Of a stretch of 64,000 nt of DNA, positions 49,263-59,329 are shown one piece after another. The notes below the pieces were generated by a model. The model did not search any database. It was not told the DNA's origin and saw only the letters and a list, made by a program, of their open reading frames with translations. The DNA comes from Scenedesmus sp. PABB004. Taxonomy: Eukaryota. The translations under genes and the position numbers were made by a program. Where the stretch lies: positions 930,001-994,000 of the forward strand of contig JABVCE010000008.1 in the NCBI GenBank assembly GCA_014905635.1, in the 5' to 3' direction. Each line of letters begins with the position of its first letter. Positions within the stretch are counted from its first letter, which is position 1.

Positions 49263-49652
49263 ATGGCCCTGCCTTTGCTGCTGGCGCTGCTGGCCCTCAG
49301 CGCCGCCGGTCCCACGACACAGCAGGCCGCGCCGCCGCCGCCGGCCGTGCCGCCAGCGGCGGAGCAGCCGGCGGGCGACGCGGCCGCGCTCGTCCGCACG
49401 CGCCTGGCCGGCGTGAGCCTGCTGCTCTCCGACCTGGGCTACGTCTCGTACGCGGCCTTTTACGTCTGGTTTTCCCTCGCGGGCGCGGCGGGCGCGGCGC
49501 TGCGCGCGGCGGCCGCCGGCGGTGTGGTGCTCGTCGACGTGGAGGCCGTCATCGCGGCGGGGGCGCGGCTGGCCGACCTCGGCTACAGCGTGGGCGAGCT
49601 GCTCTACGCCGCGACCAGCCTCGCCGACGACGCGGTGCTGTACGGGCGGTGA
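49263..49652 (+). CDS. Secreted/membrane helical protein (intronless), paralog of 48304-48894
   Basis: Signal peptide MALPLLLALLALSAAG; aligns ungapped to its neighbour; TGTAA at 49786. Confidence 0.75.
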   Translation: MALPLLLALLALSAAGPTTQQAAPPPPAVPPAAEQPAGDAAALVRTRLAGVSLLLSDLGYVSYAAFYVWFSLAGAAGAALRAAAAGGVVLVDVEAVIAAGARLADLGYSVGELLYAATSLADDAVLYGR

Positions 49653-49702
49653 CGCGCGCCAGCCTGTCGCCGGCAGCGCGGCAGAACGCGGGCCGCGCCG
49701 GC

Positions 49703-50342
49703 CTCGGCGCTCGGCAGCGGCCCAGCAGCGCGCGCGGTCGCGGCAGTCACGAGCTCGATGGGGGCGGCGTCAGGCGGCGGCGCCTTGTAACGCATGCCCA
49801 GTGCTGCGGCGGCACTGAGAGGCCGCGCGCCGCTGCGTGCGTCGGTCGTCGCTCCAGGGCCGCTCTGCGGCCGCGGTTTGGCGCACGCGCGGGGCTTGGC
49901 CGCGCGGGCGTGCTGAAGCCTCGCCACTCCGTTGCGCTGGCCGTCTAGCTTGCCACCACCTGCCTGCTCGCCGGCGCCGCCAGCGCACACGGCGCAGCAG
50001 CGCCGCAGCGCCGCAGCTGCCCCCGCCGCGTGCGGCAAGCGCGTCCGCGCGGAGCCTGTGGATCCCTGGCAACGGCCTGTGCCCGGGGGGCCGCCGGAGC
50101 GGGCGTCCTGGGCGCAGCGCGCCCTGGCGGAGGCGGGTGAGGCTTGTGAGAGCATCGCGCCCGCTCCGCCGCGCCCTGCCGGCCCAGTCCGCTCGGTTCT
50201 GGCTGCAGCGCGCTGCGATCCGTGGAGAGGCAGCGCGCACCTCTACCCCGGCGCGGCCGCAGCGACGTTCGCCGCCGGCGCTGCGGGCGCCAGGCGGGCA
50301 CGGCCCCGCCGCTGCCGCTGCGCGCCGCGCCCACGGCCCCCG
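49703..50342. repeat. ~630-bp non-coding direct repeat, copy 1 (partner 58601-59233)
   Basis: Long shared blocks, e.g. gagctcgatgggggcggcgtcaggcggcggcgccttgtaacgcatgccca and gagcgggcgtcctgggcgcagcgcgccctggcggaggcgggtgagg. Confidence 0.92.
49786..49790 (+). promoter_or_regulatory. TGTAA polyadenylation signal (chlorophyte type)
   Basis: About 135 nt downstream of the stop at 49652. Confidence 0.6.
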
Positions 50343-50421
50343 CCGCGCCGCTCGCGCAGGCACTCTCTCTCCTAGCTGAAGCGTCAGCCCGGGTGGCAGT
50401 CGCCGCCCTGACCGCGGCCGC

Positions 50422-51584
50422 ATGGCTGTCAGCGCGCGCACGCTGCGGGCGCTGCGCGCCGCCGCGCTCACGGCGCTTGGCCTTGGGCTGCTGCTCGCTG
50501 TCGCCGCGTTTGCCGTGCCAATGCTCATACGCAGCAGGCTTCGAGCCGGGGTGCGGGCCACGCGCCGAGCGGCGGCCCCGCGAGCGGCCGGCCGGCGGCC
50601 TGAAGTTAGCACTCTGCCACCCTCACCGCGTCCGCCCCCGCCGTGGCTGCAGGTCCGCGACAACATAGTGTGGAGCCCGTCGTCGCCGCCGGAGGTGGAC
50701 GGTGCGCGCGCGCCCTCCCGAGCGCGGCGCCGGCAGCCGGCCGGGGCCCCTCTGCAGCGCGGCGCCGCGCGTCCGACGCGCCGCGGCCGCCGCCGCGACC
50801 GCCGCCGCGTGGCGCCCTCTGCAGCGCGGTTCCGCAACAACACCGCGCCCGGCGCGCCCGCGGACCTGTTCCGGGTGTGGCTGTTCAATATCACAAACCT
50901 TGACGCCGTGCGGCAGGGCGCCAAGCCCGTGCTGGTGCGCGTCTCGCCCGCCTGCCCCCTGCGCGCGCGGCCGGCCGGCGCCTGGCCGCAACGGTGGTGA
51001 CGCGCGGCGCGCCGCGCCGCGCCGCGCCGCGCGGCAGGCGCAAGTGGGGCCCTACGTGCACCGCGTCTGGCATGAGAAGCTCGACGTGGCGTGGGACGGC
51101 CGCGGCCGCGTGCACTTCAAGGCACGGCGGCGCGGCGGCGCGGCGGCGCGGCGGCGGCGCCCGGGGTGCCTTGCTAGCCGGCCGGCGGGCACGGCAGGCC
51201 CCGCGGCAGCGGCGGCCGCTGCGCCGGCGCGAGCGTGGCCCGCCCCATGCCCCCGCACCGCACCGCGCCGCACCGCAGGACTACAGCCGCCTCGTGTTTG
51301 ACCCCACCCTCAGCGCCGGCGCCGACCTGTCCGCGCGCGTCGCGACGCTCAACCTGCCGCTCCTGGGCGTGCTCGCGGGCCTGCACGGCCACGTGTCGCC
51401 GCGCGCCGCGCCCTGGCTGGACCTGCTAATGGAGGTCATACTTGGGTGCGGGGCAGCCGCGTACCGCCCCCGCGCGCCGCCCGCGCGCCGGCCGCGGCTC
51501 CGCGCTCGCCGTGCGGGCCCCGCGCTCGGCGCGCGCGCGGCCGAGGGCCGCGCGCGGCCGCCCCGCGGCCGCCCCGCGGCCAAC

Positions 51585-51624
<40 letters not shown>

Positions 51625-53305
51625 GGGGCGCAGCTACGCGGGCGACCCCGACGTGCGGGGCCTGTTTGTGGTCAAGCCCGCCGCGTCGCTGCTGTCCGGC
51701 TACGACGACGCGCTGCTCGCGCTGCTCGCGCGCCTCGTCCCGCCCGGCACGCTGCCGCCCGACGGCGCGCGGGTGCGCGCGCGCGCGCGCGCGCGCGGGC
51801 CGCCGCGCCCCGCATCAGCCCGGCCGCCGTGCCCCGCCTGGGCAGGAGCAGACACCCACGCTGACGCCGCGCGCAGGTCGCGCTGCTGCCCAACACCTCC
51901 AGCGCGGAGGAGGCGCGCGCGCGCAACGCCAGCGTCGTCAACACGGGCGCGCGCGACATCCGGCAGACCTGGAACGTGCGCGCCGCCGACGGCGCGGGCC
52001 CGCCCCCTCGGCGCCGCGCCGCGCCCGCGCCCGCGCTCAGCCGCCGCGCCGCGCCGCGCCGCGCAGTTTGAGTCGGACGGCGGGCGGTCGCGCGTCGCGT
52101 CGTGGCCCTGCCCCGAGCGCGTGCGCGGCAGCGACGGCACGCAGTTCCCGCCGGGCCTCACGGCGCGCGACCGCCTGACGGTCTGGGCGGGCGACATCTT
52201 CCAGGCGGTCGACCTGGTGGCGCACTCGGCCACGCGCCTGCACGGCCTCGACCTGCTGCGCTTCTGGAAGGTGCGCGCCGGCCGGCCGCGCCGCGCGCGC
52301 CGCCGCGCCGCCGCGCCGCCGCGCCGCCGCGCCGCGCGCGCGCGCCCACGCGCCGCTCGCGCGCAGGACCCGGCGGTGGCGGCGCCCAACCCCTGCCACG
52401 ACATGGCGCTGCGCGGCCTCATCAACATCACGGTCCCCCACGCCGTGGGTGCGTCGCGGCGGCCGGGCAGCCGGCGCCGGCCGGCGGCGCCCGCACAGGC
52501 GCCCGCGCCCCGCGCGCAGCGGGCGCCCAGGCGCCGCGTCCGCGTCCGCGTCCGCTGCGCGCGCGCGCCCGCAGGCTGGGACGGCCCCGCCAACGCGAGC
52601 GCGGGGCCGCCGCTGTTTGTGTCGGAACCCATGTTCTGCGGCGCCGACGCGGCGCTCGCGGCCGGCGTGGAGGGCCTGCCGGCGTGCGATGACCGCGCGC
52701 ACCTGACCTGGGTCGATGTCGAGCCCACCACGGGTGCGCGGCCGCCGCGCCGCAGCGCGGGCGGCGGCGGCGCCGGCTCGGGCGCGGCCGACGCGCCGCG
52801 GGCGCCGCGCCGCGCCGCCGCAGGCATCACGCTGCGCGCGTGGAACCGCCTCATGCTCAGCAGCGCGATCGGGGCGCTCGGCGGCGTGGTGGAGCCCAAC
52901 GTCACCGTGCTGGGGCCGCTGCCGCTGCTGTGGGCGGAGGAGCACGCCGAGGCGCCCGCGCCGCGCGTCGCGGCGCTGCGCGACGCGCTGCGCGGCGCGG
53001 CGCGGGCGGAGGCACGCGCGCGGCGCGCGTGCGCGGCCGCGGCGGGCGCGTGCGTGCTGGTCGGGGCGGCGCTCGGGCTGCTGCTCGTCGGCGCGTCGGC
53101 CGACCCGAGCCGGTGGCCGCGCGCCGCGGCCGGCGAGGAGGCGGTGCTCGCCGCGGCGCGCCGCATCCTCGGCGGCGCCGGCGGGAGCGGCAGCGGCGCA
53201 GAGGCCGGCGGCGGCGGCGGTGCAGACGCCGGCGGCGCCGAGGCGGCGGACGCCGAGCAGGAGCGGCTGCTGGGCGGCGGTTCGGAACCGCCGCCGGGCG
53301 CCTGA
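50422..53305 (+). CDS. CD36/SCARB/LIMP-2 family scavenger receptor
   Basis: N-terminal TM; VWLFNITNLDAVRQGAKPVL|AQVGPYV; VRGSDGTQFPP; PLFVSEPMFCGAD; WVDVEPTT|GITLRA; C-terminal TM; tail EQERLL. Confidence 0.93.
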
Positions 53306-53526
53306 CGTGTGACGGCCCCGTTGCTCCGCGGCACGCCGCCGGTGCACCCACGCCACGCACAGTCCCCATGCACAGTTCGTGAGCCACGGCGCAGCGGGCA
53401 GAGGCAGGGATCGGGCACAGCGCCTGGGCGACAGCAGCAGCAGGCATCTCGGTTGGCCTCCCAGCCCACCGCCGCCCGCCGCGTCCGGCCGCCCGGCGTG
53501 CGCGCATCCTCGGACCACCCGGCGGC

Positions 53527-54339
53527 ATGGGGGACGCGGACGACATGTTTGCGGACCTCATCGGCTCCGCGGGATTCCAACCACTCCCCAAGCCGCCTCC
53601 CCCGGCCACGCTGGCCTCCGCGGCGCCCGCCCACGCGTCCGGCCCGGCGGCTCCCCGGCGCAGCAGCGGCGGCGCGCCGGGCCCGCGTGAGCCGGTGCTG
53701 CCGGAGCCCGACCTGCTCGACGCGGCCAGCACCCCCGCGCGGGACGGCGCCAACGGCGCTGCCCCCGCGGCCCCGGCGCCGGGCGTGTCTCGGGAGGAGC
53801 TGGAGGGCGTGATCAGGGACGTGGTGGCCGGCGTGGTGGACGCGGGGCTGTCCAAGTTTGTGCGCAGCCTGCGCACGGTGCTCGAGGACGTCGGCCGCCG
53901 CATCTCGGACGCCGGCGCCGCCGTCGCGGCGGTGAAGGAGGGCCTGGAGGAGCTGCGCGACGCGGTGGAGGGCCAGGCGGGCAACACGCAGGCGCGCTTC
54001 ACCAGCCTGGACCTCGCGGTGCGCGAGGTCGAGCGCGGCGTGCAGAGCCTGCGCGACAAGCAGGAGCTGGTGGAGGCGCAGGCCATGCTCGCGCGCCTCT
54101 CCACCAAGGGCGACGCCGACGCGCACGCCGGCACGCCGCGCAAGGCGCCGGACACGCCGCAGGCGGCCGCCGGCGCGGCGGCGGCGCCCGCCGCGCCGGC
54201 GGCGTCCGCGCCGGCAGCCCCCGCGGCCCCGGCGGCGCCCGCGGCAGCAGCCCCCGCGGCCCCGGCGGCGCCCGCGCCCGAGCCCGTGGCGCCGGCCGCG
54301 CCGCAGGCGCCGGCCGCGCCGCCGGCGCCGGCGATGTAC

Positions 54340-54380
<41 letters not shown>

Positions 54381-54434
54381 CGCCGGGCGGCATGCCTGCA
54401 GCGCCGCCGCCGCCGCCCCCGCCGGGCGGCATGC

Positions 54435-54467
<33 letters not shown>

Positions 54468-55120
54468 ACATGGCGGGGCCCTACGGCGCGCCGCCGCCGC
54501 CGGGCCCGCCGCCCTACGGCGCGCCGCCGCCGCCGATGGCGCCGTACGGCAGCCAGGGCGGCGCCGTGAGCGCGCCGCCCGCGCCCCCGGCGCGCCGAGC
54601 AGCAGCTACATGGCGCCCCCGCCCCCGGGCGCGTACGGCGGCGCGCCGCCGATGCCGGGCCCGCCGCCGCTGCCCGGGCCGCCGCCGCACTCCATGTACG
54701 GCCCGCCCCCCGGCGCGGGCGGGCAGTACCCGGCGCCGCCGGCGGGCGCCTACCCGCCGCCGTTCAGGAGCGCCGCCGGGCCGGGCGGCCCGCACGCGCA
54801 CGTGAGCGGCGCCGCGGGGGGGGGGGGGGGGGGGGGGGGCGGCGCGCCCGCGCGCGCCCGCGCCCGCCCCGCGCCTCAACCCCGCGCGGCGCCCCACCCG
54901 CGCGCCCGCGCCGCAGGGTGGCCCGCCGCCGGGGCGGTCTGGCGGCGGCGGCGGCGGCGCGGCGGTGACGCAGGTGACGCTGGACCAGGTCGTGTCGGAC
55001 ATCGTGTCGATGGGCTTCACGCGCGGGCAGGTCATGGGCGTGGTGCGCCAGCTGCAGGACCGGGGCCAGGCGCTGGAGATGAACGTCATCATCGACCGCC
55101 TCATGGCGCAGGCGCGCTGA
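53527..55120 (+). CDS. FLOE-family / DUF1421 protein (coiled coil, Pro/Tyr-rich disordered region, UBA-like DUF1421)
   Basis: LDLAVREVERGVQSLRDKQELVEAQAMLARL; C-terminal VTLDQVVSDIVSMGFTRGQVMGVVRQLQDRGQALEMNVIIDRLM*. Apparent frameshifts near 54380 and 54590. Confidence 0.85.
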
Positions 55121-55146
55121 GCGGCCGCGGCCGCGTGAGCCGCAGC

Positions 55147-55151
55147 TGTAA
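55147..55151 (+). promoter_or_regulatory. TGTAA polyadenylation signal
   Basis: 26 nt downstream of the FLOE-like stop. Confidence 0.6.
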
Positions 55152-55765
55152 ACGAGCTCGTTCGAGCGCGACGCGGCGCGCGCGCGCCACCGCCGGGGGC
55201 CGGCCGATCGGCGCGCTACGCCAGGGGGGTGCCAGGCGGCCTTGGCTTGCGCGGCGTGCGCTCGGGGAGTCGCGGTGCACCGCCGCGGAGCCCCTCCGGC
55301 GGGGGAGCCGGCGGCAGCGGCGTAAACGCGCGGCGGCCACGAGCGGCGCCTTGGCCGCCCCCGGGTGCGGCTTGGCCAAGCACGCGGGGGCAGCCCCAGA
55401 CCCGCCCCTCCACCGGCGCGCCTGCCCTGTGGGTCTTGGCGACCTTGACTCACGCGCCCAGCCCGGCAGCCCGCGCGGCCCCCGGCGCCGCCCGCCACCG
55501 CCCAGAGCGCCTCCCCCGGGCTGGGCGCACCACCGCGCGCCCCCGCAGCACGGCGTGGTCGGCCGCGCTCACCGGGCAACTTCCCCGCGCCAGCGCGCAG
55601 CAGCGGGGCGCCCGGATCCCGGCGAGCGCCCCTCCAGCGGTGCCCGGGTGGCCGGGTCGGCGGCGCGGCGCGCGGCGACGCGCGCAGGCGTCGGACGCGC
55701 CCGCCCGGCCGGCCCCTGCTGCCGCGGGGGGCCGCCAGGGCGGGCGCGGGGCGCGCACGGTCGCC

Positions 55766-57985
55766 ATGGAGGGCCCCGAGGGCGCCCCCGGCGGCGCGCC
55801 GCCCAGCGCGAGCCCGCCCGGGTGCGTCTGTTTGCCCCGCGCCCGCCCGGCCGGGCCGTTGCGCTGGCGCGCGCCCGGGCCCACACCGCGCCGCGTTGAT
55901 CGCAGGCTGAGCACCAAGATCTTCCTGGGCGGGCTGTCGTGGACCACGACCGAGGGTGCGCCCGGGGTGACCGGCGGGCGGGGCACCAGCGCCTGGAGGC
56001 GCCCGAGGCCGCCCCCCGATCGCGCCCGCCGCCCGCGCGCGCCGCAGACACGATCCGGAGCCACTTCGAGCCCTACGGCGACATCCTGGAGGTGGTGAGC
56101 GCCCCGCGCGCGCGGTCGCGGGCGTTGGGGCTCGCCGAGGCTGGGTGATGCGTGCCCCGGCCCGCCCGCGCGCCCGCTCACGCCGCGCGCGCCGCAGATC
56201 GTGATGCGCGACCGCGTGACCAACAAGCCCCGCGGCTTCGGCTTCATCACGTTCAAGGACCAGGAGGCGGCGGACGCGGCGTGCGCCGACACGCACACGC
56301 TCGACGGCCGCACGGTGCGCCGCACCGGCGCGCCGCGCGGCGGGCAGGCGCCGGCGGCGGCGGCCGGGGGGCACGCGGCCGGGGGGGGGGGCAGCGGCCC
56401 CACACGCGCGCCGCGGGGGCCCGCAGATCGACGCCAAGCGCAGCCTGCCGCACGGGCAGCACAGCACGCCAAAGAGCATGAAGGTCTTTGTCGGCGGCCT
56501 CGCGCCGGAGACGACCGAGGGTGCGGCCGGGCGCAGCTGCCGCGCGGGCGCAGCTGCCGCGCGGCCGGGCGCAGCTGCCGCGCGGGCGCAGGGCGGCAGT
56601 GGCGCTGACGCTGCCCGCCCGCTGGCGCCGCGCAGAGCTGTTCAAGCAGCACTTTGAGCGCTTTGGCAAGGTGGCGGAGGCCCAGATCATGGTCGACCAC
56701 ACCAGCGGGCGCTCGCGCGGCTTCGGGTGCGCGCGGCCGCGTCCGCGGCGTGCGCGACAGCCCCCGCACGGCTGCAGCGGCGGCGGCCCGCCAGCTGCCG
56801 CCGCGGCAGGCCAGCAGCTCCGGCTGCTGCGGCGGCCCGCCCCGGCAGCGTCGGCGGCGGCGGCCCGCCGTGCCGGCCCGCGCTCGCTCACCGCCCCGCG
56901 CGCCGCGCGTCCGCGGCAGGTTCATCACCTTTGAGGAGGAGTCCTCGGTCGCTGCCGTGTTTGCGGCGGGGTCGATGCAGGAGGTCGGCGGCAAAAAGGT
57001 GGAGGTCAAGACGGCGACGCCCAAGGGCAGCGGCCCCATTGGCCGCGGCCCCGGGCTGCTCCCGCCGGGGCGCGGCCTGCTGGCGGGCGGGCGCGACCTC
57101 GTGGGCCGCTTCCCCGGCGACTTCCCCTGGTCGGGCGCGATGGGCCCCGCGGGCTACGTGCCGGGTGCGGCGCGCGCGCGCGCGGCCAGCGCCGGCGGGC
57201 GGGCGCAGCGCCGGCGGCCGGGCGCAGCCCGCGCGCGGCGCCCGCGCAGCCTGCCGCCGACCCGCGCCCACGCCCCGCCCCGCGCGCCGCGCGGCGCAGG
57301 CTACATGCCGGTCCCCGGCTACGGCGGGTACGTGCCGTACGGCGGGTACGGCGTGCCGGGCATGGTCCTGCCAGGCTACGGCGGCTACGCGCCGTACGGC
57401 TACGGCCCCTACGCTGGCTTCTACGGCGGCCCCGGCGCGGCGGCGGCGCTGCAGCAGCAGCAGCACCAGCAGCAGCAGCACCAGCAGCAGCAGCGCGGCA
57501 GCAGCGGCGGCGGCGGCGGCGCCAGCAGCAGCGGCGGCGGCGGCGGCGGCGCCAGCAGCAGTGGCGGCGGCGGCGCCGGCGCCAGCAGCAGCAGCGGCGG
57601 CGGCGCCGCTGCGGGCCAGCCCGGCCCTGCTCAGCCGGCGCAGGGCGGGGCGGCGGCGCACTCGCAGCAGCAGCCGGTGCAGTCGCAGGCGCGGCAGTCG
57701 CAGCAGCAGCAGCAGCCGCCGGCGCCGCCGGGGATGCAGCAGCAGCCGCCGCCGGGGCAGTCGCAGCAGCCGCGGTGGCCGCAGCAGCAGCTGCCGCCTG
57801 GCTTCTTCGCGGCGCCGCCGGGCGTCGGCAAGCAGCCGGCCAAGCACCTCGCGCAGCAGCACAGCAGCGAGGACATACAGCAGCAGCAGGACACGGCGGG
57901 CGGCGCCGCGGGCCGCCAGCAGCGAGCAGCCGCCGCCGCCGCGGCCGAGGCCGAGGCGGCGGCGGCACCTCCAGGCGGGCAGTGA
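55766..57985 (+). CDS. Musashi/hnRNP A1-D-like RNA-binding protein (2 RRM plus Gly/Tyr/Gln-rich tail)
   Basis: KIFLGGLSWTTTE; MRDRVTNKPRGFGFITF; KVFVGGLAPETTE; MVDHTSGRSRGFG|FITFEEE; KKVEVKTATPK. Confidence 0.95.
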
Positions 57986-58600
57986 GCCCTGCCGGCACCC
58001 CTCTGTCGGGCAGCAGCCGCCTGCCGCAGCGCGCAGGCGGCACCCTGCCCCGGCCGGTGGCCGCCGGGGGCGCCGACCGTCGCGCCCCGCCAACTCATGA
58101 GACCAGGCCGCCGCCGCGCCGTGCCCGAGCGGGCGCCTGCGGCGGCGCGCCGCTCGGGACGAAGAGAGACGCTGTGAGCTCCGAGTCCACACGAACCTGA
58201 GCACTGTGCAATTGCGCGCCGCGGCGTGGGTGCGGGGACGCGTGGCGTGTGTGCGCGCGCGGGCGTGAGCGTGGGCGTGGGCGTAGCTGCTAGCGCTAGC
58301 GGGGCGGCGCGTCATTGGTCGTGTGATGTCAGATAAGCCCCGCCGCGCGGGGGGCGCGCGCCTGTGCGCGCAGCCCGCCGCCTAGACAGGCGCCCGGCCG
58401 CGCGGCCGGGCAGCTGGAACCTCTTGCCGCCGGCGACCGGCGCAGGCGGCTGCGCGGCGCCGGCCGGTCCGCGCCAGGCGGCGGCGCGGCGCGGCGGCGC
58501 GCACAGGCGTCGAGTGTGCAGGCTCCGGCGCGCCCCCCGTGGGGCGCGGCCCGTGCGGCCCAGGAAGCTGTAGCTGATGGCGACCCAGCGGCCTGTGCTG

Positions 58601-59233
58601 CTCGGCGCTCAGCGGCGCTGCAGCCGGCAGCACACCGCGCGGTCACGGCAGTCGACGAGCTCGATGGGGGCGGCGTCAGGCGGCGGCGCCTTGTAACGCA
58701 TGCCCAGCGCTGCGGCGGCACTCAGAGGCCACGCGCCGCGCGGCGCGCCGCGCGCGTCGGTCGTCGCCCCAGGGCCGCGGTTTGGCGCACGCGCGGGGCT
58801 TGGCCGCGGGCTCGGCGGGCTCTCGCCACTGCACCGCCTGCCACCTGCCGCCGCCTAGCTCGCCGCCACCTGCCTGCTCGCCGGCGCCGCTCACGCACAC
58901 GGCGCAGCGCTGCGCCGCTGCCCTCGCCGCGTGCGGCAAGTGCGTCCGCGCGGAGCCTGTGGAGTGCTGGCAGCGGCCTGTGCCCGGCGGGCCGCTGGAG
59001 CGGGCGTCCTGGGCGCAGCGCGCCCTGGCGGAGGCGGGTGAGGGCTTGTGAGAGCATCGCGCCCGCTTCGCCGCGCCCTGCCGGCCCAGCCCGCCCGGTT
59101 CTGGCTGCAGCGCGTTGCGATCCGTCGAGAGGCAGCGCGCACCGCCACCCCGGCGCGCCTGCAGCGACGTTGGGCCCGCCGGGGCGGGCGGGCAGGGCGC
59201 CGCCGCTGCTGCGCGCCGCGCCCACGGCCCCGC
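58601..59233. repeat. ~630-bp non-coding direct repeat, copy 2
   Basis: Partner of 49703-50342. Confidence 0.92.
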
Positions 59234-59329
59234 ACCGCTGCGGCCCGCCGCAGGCGTCCCGTGTGAGATGAGCGTGCCTGGAGCCGCCGGCTAGCCCCGT
59301 GCACGATCCAGCCGGCTCCTCGCGGCAGC

